Assembly: GCA_013265495.1 (NCBI GenBank)
Contig: MU058781.1
Coordinates: 8,909,009 to 8,973,008, forward strand
Origin: Vicugna vicugna
Taxonomy: Eukaryota
Length of the DNA: 64,000 nucleotides
Direction of reading: 5' to 3'
The first letter of the stretch is position 1. Every line of letters starts with the position of its first letter. A program made the position numbers and the translations under genes. Positions 39,151 through 52,180 of the stretch are shown piece after piece. A model generated the notes under the pieces. The model had not been told where the DNA came from and did no database searches. It was given only the letters and a program-made list of their open reading frames with translations.

Positions 39151-40014
39151 AGTAGCTGAAAATCTACAAAGTAAGATGCTGTAATAAAGGTGGATTCACA
39201 ACACAACTTACGCTCAAGGCTGAAATGGACCTTCTTACCCCTGCCTCTTTCACCTCAATCCCAAATCTAAATCTAAATAAGCAAATTCTATGTAGAAATA
39301 AGGAGAGGCAGAGGACAGAAATAGTGCAGGGGGAAGCACTGAGGGTTCCATTGACTGGCTTCCCTGTAAAGCAGACAATAAAGCAGCCAAACTTACACTA
39401 AGAACTGCCACCTTCACCTCCATTCTTTCCCCCTTAGTTAATTCACCATCAGCCTGGGGCAGAGCTCACTGGACTGAAGCTGGACATCAGGGCTGATATT
39501 GCTGGAGACTAATAGATGACTGTTGGGCACTCTGTTTCTAGCAGAGACCTATTTACCTTGCTCTCCTCTCAACTCCCTTCTGTAAGAGTGGGGATGGGGC
39601 AGGTTCCAGCCAAAGGACTGGAGTTGCTTATAGCCAAAGCAGCAGGGGATGTCCAAGCCAGAGAAACAGGGAACCCAGTATAAAAGCCTAAAGCTTTTGA
39701 GAAAGGTTGAGGAGAGAATCAACTGATGCCTCATGGAGATAGGAAAATGGCAGCAGGGTAGGTTAGAAACTGGTAGAATGCTGTCCTGTTGCATTTATCA
39801 GGACACCAAGTGAGGTCATGATGCAGAAGTCGGAAACTTCCCCAGGTCCTAATTTAAGAATGTCCTATTTAATAGTAGCGTATTCTCTTCCCTCAACCCC
39901 TCGCCCAGCTACTCCCAGAAAATATCAGTAATTGGGGAGGGGGGAGGAGTTCACGATCAAATCTTGTGCTAATATTCAGTATAGAAGTGTTGATTAAAAT
40001 TAATTAAAATCTAA

Positions 40015-41215
40015 AAGACTACAAAAGCAAAAATAAGTGGGACCACATCAAACTGAAAAGTTTCTACACAACAAAGTAACCCATCAACAAAATGAGAAGA
40101 CAACATAGCAAATGGGAGAAGATATTTGCAAATCATGTATCTGATAAGAGATTAGTATCCAAAATTAAGAACTCATACAACTCAATAGAAAAAAATGCAA
40201 GTGAAAAATGGACAGAGATCTGAATAGATATTTTACCAAAGAAGACATACAGATGATCAACAGACACATGAAAAGATGCTCAGTATCACTAATCATCAGG
40301 GAAATGCAAGCCAAAACCATAATGAGATATCACCTCACACCTGTTAGAAGGCTGTTATCAACAAGGCAAGAAATAATAAGTGTTGGCAAGGATGTGGAGA
40401 AAAGGGAACCTTTGTGCACTATTGCTAGGAATGTCAATTGGTGCAGCCACTATGGAAAACAGTATGGCAGTTCCTCAAAAAATTAATAATAGAACTACCA
40501 TATGATCCAACAATTCCACTTCTGAGTACTTATCCAAAGAAAATGAAAACACTAACTCAACAAGATACATACACCACCTTGTTCATTGCAGCATTATTTA
40601 TAATAGCCAAGACATGGAAATAACCTAAGTGTTCATTGATAGATGAATGGACAAGAGAAATGAGTGGGTGTATGTATACCTGTATATGCACACACAGTGA
40701 AATATTATTTACCCATAAAAAGGAAGTCTTGCCACTTGCAACAACATGAATGGACTTTGAGGGTATTATGCTAAGTGAAGTTAAGTCAGGCAGAGAAAGG
40801 CAAATACCATATGATCTCACTTAAATGTGGAATCTAAAACAAAACGAAACAAAACAAGCTCCTAGATATAAAACACAGATTGGTGGGAGGCACAGGGTAG
40901 GAGGTGGGAGAAATGGGTAAAGGTAGTCAAAAAGTACGAACTTCTAGTTATAAAATAAATGAGTCATGGTGATGTAATGTGCAGCATGACAACTATAGTT
41001 AATAATATCATATTGTGTGTTGGAAGGTAGCTAAGAGGGTAAATATTAAAAATTCTCTTTAAAAGAAAAAATCTTACATGTATAGTGACATATGTTAACT
41101 GGAGCCACTGTGATCATTTTGCAATATATACAAATATTGAATCATTATGTTGTATACCTGAAACTAACATAATGTATTTCAATTATACCTCAATTTAAAA
41201 TAAATGAAAAAAAAT
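40015..41215 (+). mobile_element. 5'-truncated L1 (L1MA9-like), ORF2 C-terminus, 3' UTR and A-tail
   Basis: Frameshifted peptides MRYHLTPVR and [15 protein letters not shown]...FIAALFIIAKTWK, ending caattatacctcaatttaaaataaatgaaaaaaaa. Confidence 0.93.
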
Positions 41216-41628
41216 TTACATAGATATGACAGATACTATATTTTAAATTATTTATCAAGCCTAAAAGTATCTCAACTTCTGCTATCATTGATTGTATACT
41301 GCCTTTGCAAAAGTCACTAGCATACGGAAGAAATCAGCAGAGGAGGGAAGCGGACCTGCCTTGTATCAAGAACCATAGAATGTGCACATACCACTCATTC
41401 CTGGGCTGCTTGCCTCCAGCTGCTCCACCAGTCACCCCTGTGCTGGTCCTCCACCATCAGTCTTTGCATGCACTTGAAATGTGTCACCATTCTTCTTCTT
41501 TGATGCATCCCATGCCCCAGCTCTTTTCTCTGTGCCTCACCATCAGTGGGCACTACTACTTAACAACCCTTCCCAGCAGCAGACTTGGCTAGTACACCCT
41601 CCACTTGCTATGTTAGGCCTGTTGCGTG

Positions 41629-41858
41629 TAGAGTTGCCAGTTAGCAGATAAAATTACAGGACACTCAGTTACATTTGAATTTCAAATAAACAATGAGGGT
41701 TAAAAAAAAATGAGGGTTTTGTTTTGCTTGTTTTGTTTTTTTGCTTTTTAGTATAAGTATGTTCCATGCAATATATAGGACACACTTATACTAAAAACTT
41801 ATTCGCTTGTCTGAAATTCATATGTAAGTAGATGCTTCATTTTTATCTGGCAACCCTA
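41629..41858. mobile_element. MER53 palindromic hAT MITE
   Basis: Termini tagagttgccag / ctggcaacccta and central palindrome tagtataagtatgttccatgcaatatataggacacacttatacta. Confidence 0.9.
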
Positions 41859-42387
41859 ATTTCATGTTCATTATAGTTTTCACTTTGGCAAATTGAGATA
41901 GAAAGATGAAAGGGAAAACGATATCCAAAATGAAAAGAAATAAAAATGATTTTCAAACCTCTCCTGTATAAAATGTGAAGGATATGAGACAGTTTCTTCC
42001 TGTTCCTAATCTCATCCTTATATAGTGTGCCTGGCCTCCCTGTCAAAGGCTAACACCAATGTCAGATGTAGTTTTTCAGACATTTACTATTTTAATTAAG
42101 AAGATAAAACAAGCTGCTCATTTAACCTTTGTTCTCTAAAATCTCATGACAGTGTTTTAACCTGGTAAACCTGTTTGGAAAATTGCTTGGAAGACACAAA
42201 GAGAAGTTAAATTTTAAAATGCCCATACCTTATTTTCAAGGAAGAATTTTCAAATCCCCTCCCCCGAAAAGTATACTTTGTTTCTTAGCAATGTATTTAT
42301 CATAAAATATGTTAATGACTTCTTTGTAGCTGAAGTTATCTTTGAGATGTGCTAAGAAGCATTAATGCTAGTGATGCTTAAAACAAG

Positions 42388-42467
42388 TAATATATAACTG
42401 ATCACTACACTGTATGCCAGAAATTAACACAACGTTGTCAACTGACTATACTTCAATTTTTAAAAAG
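42388..42467 (+). mobile_element. Very short L1 3'-tail insertion with TSD taaaacaag
   Basis: cactacactgtatgccagaaattaacacaacgttgtcaactgactatacttcaat. taaaacaag occurs at 42379-42387 and 42468-42476. Confidence 0.85.
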
Positions 42468-44369
42468 TAAAACAAGAAGCATTTAAAAAAAAAAAAAGTA
42501 ATTCAGGCATCCGCTAGAGAAATGAGGAAGCCATTACTGATTTTTTTTTCGTCTCTAGCTCTGCTGCTCAAGTTTTAAGACTGTTGAGAGTCCTTTGATT
42601 GGTGGAGTGTGTGTTGATGCTGTTCACGGAATTGGTTCCCCAGGCCTGGCCTGTGTCTTCCTCAGCATATTATTAATGGTGGCTGAAAGGCCCCAGTCTA
42701 GGTACCACTCCCCTATGATCACCAGCCTTCGATACAGATTCTGACTTGCACAATTTCCAGAATTCTGCTGACAGAGAATAGTGAAATGAAAGTATTTCCA
42801 TGGGGCAGTAATTCATTCTCTCTAGGGGTTTTGTGCAAGGTCAAGAAGACATTAACTACAGTTAGCATCTCTGGCGCTTTTTTAATGCGTATATTACTAC
42901 TCTTCTCTTGAAAGTGGAAAACTAGATAGTTTTAGCATCTGGGAAGAAAATAAGTTAACCTGCTTCTTCTAATGATTGTTAATATTTTCCATGATTTAAC
43001 GCCCTGTCTTTGGGTGCTTTTTGGAATTCCAGAGGTATTTTAAGTGCACATGCGTCGAATAAAAATAAAGGATTTTTTTCAAGTTCTTTTTAATTTAGCT
43101 TCAGCATTACATGGTTCACAGATGGGTAAGAAAGGAGACTGTTCCATTTTTGATTACTGTAAAATAAAATAATTCAACATATAATAATGCATACAATAGA
43201 CAGCCCTAGTTCAATTGTAGGCCTTTTCTTTGGAGGAGAGTAATTTTAAAGCTACTTGTTTGTCTATATTCCTCACTTTTTATTTCTTATGAACACTTTC
43301 TTTTTCTAATTTAATTTAAAACAATGATGTAGTTAATGCTTTTATGGTTTCCCTTCCTCCCCATACCTCTAGGGCATGTGTGCTTACTTTCCATTGTTTT
43401 TCAGTTTCTCTCCCCCTGCAAGCTGGTAATCTTCCCTTAACCATTCTTTGTACTCATAGTTTCTTACTATTCCACTTACCTTTACATCTCTCCACACAAT
43501 TTCTTAGATGGTTCTGCTTTTTACCCTCTAATACATTGCTGCTTGGAGTATATGGGGTGTAATTCTTGGGATCTTCAACCGGTGGCATATTCTGGAACTT
43601 ACTTCCCTTCCCCATGGAGACAGTAATACAAAATAATCAACACTGCGTCCGTCCCTCCTCCCGTCTTCAACAGTAGAGCTGGGAGGGCCCTGAGAGCTCA
43701 CGGAATCTTACCACTCTTCCCATCCCACGTCTACTATACAGGTAAAAAAAAGTCTCTTTTGTCCTGCTGAGTTCTTACTCCTCTTTCAAGACCCAGTTTA
43801 GTTTTACTTCTTTGCATCTTTTCTGATGCACACAGAAAACTGTTCTCACGCTGCTACCATGATGTGCATATTCTTCATTAGTTGAGTTGACGTGTTCTTA
43901 GAATTCAGTTCCGTTCAACAACCATGACTTTTTTCCTAAGGGGCAGGCACCGTAACTGGGATAAAATGCCAGTAGTCCAGTGGGGCAGTAGGAGGAAGTG
44001 GCAGCAGTCATTGAATTGCAATTATTTTGCTCTGTTATATATTTATTGTTGGTGTAACTATTTCCTCCTATTACACTGTGAATGTCTACAGGACAAAGAT
44101 CGTATCTTACTTGTCTTTTTTCCCCCCTCTCCAGGGGCAGACCCTGAGTGATGGACTAGAATTTCCTATTTTGTATATATGAAGTGTAATTTATTCTTCT
44201 TTCAGTCTGCATACCATAACTATACAAGGCACTTAACCATTGTCCCACAGCAAATGCAGGGTTAAAACCCAGCCTTTTATTCCCCACTTGGTGCTCTGTC
44301 CATGTCACTACGTGGTTGGAATGTTCCAGTAGTAATGACCACAGCTGTGGGAGTATGTACTAAGTTTGT

Positions 44370-45070
44370 TCTTGGTTTTTCATTATAAAATAGAGAATAC
44401 ATGTGCTTAACACCATAGTCAAAGAAAGGCTCCCTCCTAACCCTGTCTTGCAGATCCCTGTTCCATTCAGAAGCAGTCACTGCTTTTGGTTCTGTGTGTG
44501 TACATCTAGAGTTGTTTTCTGCATATAAAACCACATACCTACGTATGTGTTTCCATATAGATATGTGCTCTTTTTTATTCAGATCTTAGCATACTACAAA
44601 TTCATCTCTTTTTCACTGACAGTGTATATCTTGTATATAATTTCAATCAGTACATAAAGAACTGCTTGTTTCACTTTTTAGGAACAGATGTCTATATTCT
44701 GTTCCAGACGTTTACCGTATCTATTTAACTAGACTCTTACCAATGGATCTTGGGGTGGCCTCTGATCTTTTGATCTTCCAGGCACTGCTGCAGTGTGTAA
44801 TCTCACAAACGTGTCATTTCATGCATGTATGAATAGTAGCTGTGGGATAGATTTCTAGGAGTGGAATGGCTGGGTCATAGGTGTGTGCATTTTAAATCAG
44901 TGATAGGAATTGCCAGAGACCCCCTAGATGAGATCTTATAATGTTCGTTCCCATCAACAAGGGAACACAGTGCTGTTTTCCCATACGCTCCTCTAAATGC
45001 TGTGTCAGCTAACTTGTAAAATCCTTTCCTGTTAGAGAAAAAAATGATATCTTATTATAGTTTTCATTAT
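44370..45070 (-). mobile_element. Ancient L1ME-type 3' region
   Basis: gggatagatttctaggagtggaatggctgggtcataggt and related motifs. Confidence 0.75.
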
Positions 45071-46182
45071 ATTGCTCTTTTGAGTATAGCTAGTCAGTTG
45101 TCAAAAGTAACCACAAAAACAGAAGAATTTGGTCTTTGAATTTATGGAGTTACCGCCACTTTTAAGACCATAAATTTTGACTCTTAGATATACCAGCTGT
45201 GTGCCCTTGCCAAGATACTGAAGTTTCCTTGACCTCTGTTTTATCCTGTGCACAATGAGAATAATACTGTATTTCATGGTCTCTAAAACACTATTCATTA
45301 TAAGACTTGCCATTAATTTATATAACACTAAGAAAGAAAAAAAAACTGCCTTTTATCATAGTGAGACACCCCTCATTAGAAAATTCATCTCAGACTGAGA
45401 GATGACAAACTATAAAGGAGAAATGTGCATTCAGAATCGATGAAACTTGCTTGTACCTGGCTCTTAGGGGTGTTGTAAGGATGAAGTGAAAAGCATCTAG
45501 AATGGCACCCCGGAGGCACCTAGTAAGTACTCAGTAAACGGCTATTCTTATTCTTGCAGTAAAGTGATACTTCCTGGAATGTCAGCCCCACCACTAGACT
45601 GAGCACATAGCACAGTCTCAATGAATAACTGTTTCTGTGATTGTATTTATTGTTAATGCTAAATTCATTATTGGAATGTAATTGGGGATTTTGTCAGCTT
45701 TGCTCAGTGCTGTTTCTCCACCACCTAAAACAGGGTTGGCCTATGAGAAGTGCTCTATAACTATGTGTTGATCGAAGATAATTAATCTTACTCCTCCGAA
45801 ACTTCAGCAGAAGGATACATAGAAATCTTAATTTCCCCGAGTAGCAGGCGCAGTGGTTGTTGATCTGAGGGTTCTGCGGTCTTGAGCTCTCCTCTTCCCA
45901 CCATGTGCTCACCCAAACTTCTAGACCTTATCAAAAAGCACATGCTTTAGTTTCAGAAATAACTGAGCCCTGTGGAGCTCGGTGTAAACATTGGAAAACC
46001 TGTATTTATAAAGCCCAAGACTTTGAATACAAAGGATTCTTCAGAATATTGTTGATACAAACTTTTTTTTTCCAAACAGTAGGCCAACTGTGTTTTATTT
46101 AAACTGTATAGGATCCTAATAAGACTTCTGTGAGGTTTGTGTGAGCCCTGCATTTTAGAGTTTGCATTTTCAAAATTCAGTG

Positions 46183-46515
46183 CAGTCATCCTTCAGCTTC
46201 CATGGGGGATTGGTTCCAGGATGACTTCCTTACCCCCACCCCTGAAAACACCAAAATTCACAGGTGCTCAAGATTCTTACATCAGCTGGTGTCGTATTTG
46301 CAAATAATCTGCACACATCCTCCCGTATACTTTAAATTATCTCTAGGTTACTTATAATACCTAAAACAGTGTAAATTCTATGTAAATAGTTGTTGGAGCA
46401 TAGAAAATTAATGTTTTGCTTTTTAGAACTTTCTAGAATTCCTTTTTTCCTGACTGTTTTTGACCCAGGGGTGTTGAATCCATGGATGCAAAACCGTGAT
46501 ACGGAGGACTGACTG
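46183..46515. mobile_element. MER2-family (Tigger/TcMar) MITE
   Basis: TIRs cagtcatccttcag / gatacggaggactgactg followed by TA, and internal catcctcccgtatactttaaattatctctag. Confidence 0.9.
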
Positions 46516-47972
46516 TACACTGGTGCTAGTCCTGAGCTAGTATTGAACTATTGCTATGCAATACATCCATTACAGAAAGAATATAGAAATAAGGCCTTTT
46601 ATTTTGAAGTACCATTGGGTTTTTCTTTAGTTTTTTTTAGGATGTGAACTCATATGAGAAGTTCATCTCTTCATCTTCCTGGCTCTAAGTATGTGGACTT
46701 GAGGAAATTCTTCATTACTCCACACAGTCTGTGTCCTCACACTCTTCCTTTTTTAATTCTAGTGTTTTCTCCCTTTAGACTGTTAGACTCTACAGACTCC
46801 AACTTGATGATGGGTATTTGGATATTTCTATGTGGCTTAGGTCTCTCTGTTTTAAATCTTTGAGAGCTGAAAATGTAATACCGATTTGATTGCTTTAAAA
46901 AGAGGAGATAATGATATGCAGACTTCAAGTGTGTGTGTTATAAATATTTGTGGGGGCAGTGTGTGTAAAAGAATGCAGAGAGGGATCTTATGGCTAAAAT
47001 GTAAGGTCTGGCTGGTGTGGAGACTGGCAAAGATAGCAGCTCCCCATAGATAGCCCATTTCTGGGTAATAGTATTTTTTTCTACCTTTTAAGTGTCCTTA
47101 GAATTCTTCAGGTGTACTTCCAAGTGAAATGTGGATATTTTTCCCTTAAATTTAGTTTGAGTCGGAGTCTTGTTGAAAACTCACCATATCTGTTGAATCA
47201 GGATAGCATGGCCATGCTCTCAGGCACTCTGTGGAAGGAATGAAGCGCTCTTGCTCCAGTTTGAGCATCTCGGTGTGGACGAAGGTCCCTCTCCCGTGTT
47301 CTAAAAGTCCCCTTTGATCGCAGCCCCACTTGCTGATGTGTTTATCTGACTTCACAGTCACTCACCTTTCACTTACTTGAAGAAGATAAGGTCACAACCT
47401 GAAAGTTTGCTCTGAAAAATGGAAGCAAACCTAGTATCTCCTACTGAAATACTGTCACAGTCTACACTCAGGCTTACAACAACAGATTACAGTGCCGCCA
47501 AGCTGTCACTAAATTCGTGCCGCAGGAGGTCGGCAGCTGCTAACACTTCAGGTCTATCGGTGGTCCCTCTCCGCCTGATTAGTGACTTGGCATTCCCTTC
47601 TTGGACTTGATAGGTTTAAACATTCGCCAGTTTTCACTTTGGTTGTAACATGCAAGTGCCTTTATTTTAAAATAAAGACAAACGGTTTTAACTCGAGGAT
47701 AAAAAATCTTTTTCAAATTAATTATTCATAATGATATATTTTGAATATGTAGCAGACATGTTTTTTTTGAAACTTCCCTTAAGGATTACAAAATACTTAC
47801 CTAAGTATATAATTTCATAATATTTGGTAATCAGTTAGTAACGTAATACGCGTGTGTTATGCACACGTGAGTGTGTTGATCTCTACCAGGGTTCCTTCTC
47901 ACCTCCCTGGTCTCTCCCTCCAGGCTCCTCCTCATTTGTGTCTCTTTGATGTAGCTCTTGCTACCTGTAGCC

Positions 47973-48026
47973 CGTGCGTACGTACACGTGCACATGCACG
48001 CACACACACACACACACACACACACA
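47973..48026. repeat. Alternating purine-pyrimidine tract ending in (CA)13
   Basis: cgtgcgtacgtacacgtgcacatgcacg followed by (ca)13, an unbroken YR alternation of 54 bp. Confidence 0.95.
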
Positions 48027-48184
48027 GTCATTTTAGAACCATGAATTGGTCTTCTGTTTATATTGCTCAAACAGAAGACCTGAATCTACCATTTTGAATT
48101 TCTAATTTTACCCACATTGTACTCAATCTGATAATGTGACATATCCCTAAGGCTCTTAACTGTCTTATTGGATATTTTATTTAA

Positions 48185-48680
48185 AGTAGTGTTGTGAATA
48201 ACTCAACTCATGCTGACTTAAACAAAGAGACAATTTATATGTATAATTTATTGGCTTCCTTAATTGAACTGTCAAGGTAGATTTTGCATTAAGCAAGGTT
48301 TGATTCAGGACTCAAATGGAGTCACCAGGAGCAGTCTTTGCTGCGTCACTTGACAGTGTTTGATATACCAGCTGTTCTCAGGCAAAGTGACTACGGCAGC
48401 CACTCCTCACTCCTCATACCCCTAAATGTAAAGACGAGGGAAGGCCGCTGTCCTGGAAAATCCAGCCAAAGTTCCCTCAGACCTGACTGATTTGGGTTGT
48501 GTGCACTTCCCTGACTAGGGACTATGTTTATTGACTTGAGCTGGTCGGGGTTCTCAGGCCAGGAACTAGGGGTGCTGTTAACCCACTCAGACTGCATTGG
48601 CCACAGCATGAGGGGCCAAGGGCGGGAAATTCCCTTGGGAGTGAAGGATGATTGCAGCAAGGGCAAACAGCAAATGGTCA
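48185..48680 (-). mobile_element. Old MaLR LTR (MLT1J/K/L-like)
   Basis: aactcaactcatgctgacttaaacaaaga...gcaaggtttgattcaggactcaaatggagtcaccagg. Confidence 0.6.
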
Positions 48681-49654
48681 CCATCGTGCAGATTACCATA
48701 CTACTTAATATTATCTGTAAGGGTTTCACCAACATTTGAACAATGTATTTAATTTGAAGTGTCATATGTGCGGAAATATGTATGTGGTAAAATTAGTAAA
48801 ATTGCTGGGTCATATTGGACCATTTTGGCTTTCTCATGAAATGAATGCAAAAACAGTTATAATATGTTCTGTTCTTATAAGCAATATAAGAAATGACATG
48901 CTCTGTCATTGAATTTATGAGTTTAATTTTTTTACAAATAATGAAATTACTCTACTAAATATTAGAAGTGTGACATAAATAGAATCTGAAGAACTGACTT
49001 CAAATTGATGTTTTGTCACTTGACTTCGGATGAGTTATTTTGTCTGATCACTAATTTTGTTATCTGCTAGCTGCAGGTATCATGAATACCTGGCTCATTT
49101 ATCTCACAGAGTTATGGTGTCAAATGAGATGATTTATGTTAAGCGTATAAGAAGGCAGTGTTAATTGCTATTTATTTCACTGTCTCATCAGGTTGAGTTT
49201 ACCTGGTCAAAGAAAATATCATTATAATTAAAATGTAATTCTATTTTACTAACACATATTACTTAAAACTTGCTTTGTTTTTATTTCTGGCCTTGTCTGA
49301 AGCCTCTGAGTGCCAGATAGAAAATGTGCATAATATATTTTAGGACAAAATAAAAAGAACTGTGTGTGTTGTTTACCCACAGAATCTGAGTCATTGCTAC
49401 AGTTGAGAAGAAAAGCCTGGGCTTCTGGGAGGCAAAGGCAAATAGATAAAGAGCTAAACGCCCAGCTTTCATTTTGTAATAACGAAAAGTGTATCATTCA
49501 AGAGGAGTGACAGCCTTTTCTTAGTCTCTAAATAGACTATATCCCATCCATCTTTCTGTTAAGGGGCATTGAACAGCATAAGGGACCATTGGACCATGAA
49601 ATTTACAAAACCCAGTAAGCTTTGAAACTATTTTGGACAGTTTTTAGTAGAGAA

Positions 49655-49875
49655 GCACTGGAGCCTGGGTCTCAATAGGCCATATGTGTGTGAGGTGTGT
49701 AACGGGCCATCTGCTCAACTTCTCTGAGCCTCAGCTTTCTCATCTCTAAAATGGAGAGGAAAAAACAATACCTACCCTAGGGCATTACCATAAGGAATAA
49801 AAAAGACTGTATGTTGGAGAGATCGGTACAGTGCTCTGAATGGTGTGCTTAGTCAATGTTAGTTGTTATAATAAT
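49655..49875 (+). mobile_element. MIR SINE
   Basis: aacttctctgagcctcagctttctcatctctaaaatggag...ctcaatgttag-like 3' end. Confidence 0.85.
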
Positions 49876-52180
49876 TATTATTATTACAAATCCCACCAGT
49901 AAATGTGTATTGCTGTAATTGGGTATCTGTAAAAGAATATCGACTGTGAGGTTATTTTATTGTGATGAAAGCATGCATGTGATTGGATGCTAGGAAATAC
50001 CACCAAATGTACTAGAAAAAAGTCATCCTTCAGCAAGATAAAAATCTAACCTGCTGGAAATCTAAAGGAGAAAAGTGCAAATATTGTTCTGGTTCCCTCT
50101 GTGAGCTGATTAAAATTTTTCTGTTACAGATTTAAAAAAAAAAAAGTCATTTTAGAACAGCACTGAGGCACTCCAAGATAGTATAGCCGTGAAAAGCCTG
50201 TGGTGGGAAGGGTCAAAGAAGCTAACTAACGTGTGTGAACCCAAAGGGGAGCCCAGAATTCACACTGCCACTGACAGTGCCTGCCCTCAGAATGCAGCGT
50301 AGACGAGAGGCTTGTTAGCCTCTCATCGTCTGGTTGATGTGGTCCCAGTCATTCCTTTGTGTAAGCAGTGCTGTTAAAGGATGCTGTCTTTAAGACCTAA
50401 CGCTAGTTTGCTATCCCCCTGTACCCACCCCACCCCAAAAAAATGACAGGGAGAAAAATAGAACAATTGTACTGATAACTCTAGATATAACCCAAAGTAA
50501 GATTACCTAGATTACTTTCCCTGCTAATACATCGGTGATAGGTGGTTCTTCTGTTCATCTAATCAATAGTCAGTGTCATAGGGTTTATGTTTAGAATCAT
50601 TCATGTTAACACTAAGAGGAATACAGCGCCTTCTTTCTTCTTCCTGTTTAACTTAGATACGGAAACCAAGGCTCACAGAAGTCAAGTTCCACAGGCAGCT
50701 GGCTAATTAATAATAAAACTATACCTTAAAGTCAGATTTGCTGACTAGTCTGAGAGGCCTTTCACTTCACCGCAAGGTGTTTTGGGGTTTCTTGGTCGTC
50801 TTTGTTTATTTTTGTTTGTGGCTGTAATTGATTTTCAGTATTTGTAGTCTACAGAATAAGAATTTCTTTGTTTCCAGTTCTGGGATTCAAAAGTCCAGGA
50901 CACTTCACATTTTAGCAAACTGGACTTAACCTTTTAAGCCCCTGTGATTGATGTGAACTTGATTGCTCAACTAAATGTGAGTTTCCAGGTTACTTAGCTT
51001 TTTACCAGAGGCCAAGCGTGCAGATCACAAGAGAAGTAATAGCAGCTCAGTGTAACACAGCCACGGCTCTTGGGTTACGTAGATCTATCTGGGATTTGTG
51101 TAAAAGAAAGCAACTATAGTTAGCCTCTGCACGGTTCTACTAGTAGAAAGCCCCGGAATTGGCCAGGCTTGTGGTGGTTCCTCTGCTCCCTGGCTGACCT
51201 CTCCATAGCCAGTCCCCAAGGAGTCCAGGGGCTAGGGTTAGGAAAGCAAGCGTGGGGGAGGAAGGTATGACAAATCACCAATGCCAGGGTGGAGAGGACC
51301 TGCCACTTACAGGCAAATTGAGTTTCTCTTTTGTAAGCAGTGTTGTAAGTTCTCTTATCCCTGCTTTTCCTTCTGCGCTACCTGCTACAGTGGAATTAAA
51401 AGAAGTGTGTTCCCAAAGACTGCTTAGTGATACAGGGTCGTGCTTACGATAGAGCGAAGTTCAAACAGCAGTTACAAAGTAGAGTATTCAGTATGACGCC
51501 AGTATTTTGTACGTGTGCTTCTGAATTGTCTACCTTTTATATGATTTCTACAATGAGGAATAAAAGGGCTAAATATTACTTTTCCTTTAGAGAGGCTATG
51601 ACTGGGCCAGAGAAAATTTGGATGACTAGATTTTTCAAATTCTGATCTTTTTTTTTTTAACGGTATCATCTGCTTTAAATATAAACATCACTAAATTTTG
51701 GAAATACCAATTCAGGACAGATACTGCCTTTTGGAGTGTTTACCTCAATTATATCTCGTTCTCAAAGGATATATAGTTTCTGTATCAGTTTAATTTTCAC
51801 TTTCTTGTTGGACCGTTTTGATGGTATGGTCTTAGTATGCCTTGATCACAGCTATTATTCTTTCAAACCATGCGTCTTCATTACTTTGGTGTAGTCCGTA
51901 TTGTTAAAAGTGTAACAGAAGAGTCACCATAAACAAGTCAAAAGGAACTTGACTAACCACCCAATACTCAAATCTTGGTAGAAGTAAAACAGAAACATTT
52001 CATGGGAGAGGGTTCATGAGAATGATAACTGTTGTTTACCCTTCCTAACACTGGGGAGAAAACAAACAAACAAACACGAAAACTAGGTGACTACTCTAAA
52101 ATGTTTCTGTGATTTCAGAGCATTTAGTTATGTATATAAAATCTTCACTGATTTGAAGTAGTTTCAAGGGAGACCTGAAA

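Noticed and set aside
50301..50331. Short hairpin agacgagaggct-tgtt-agcctctcatcgtct
   Set aside because: A 12-bp bulged stem is too short for a miRNA and plausible by chance in 64 kb.
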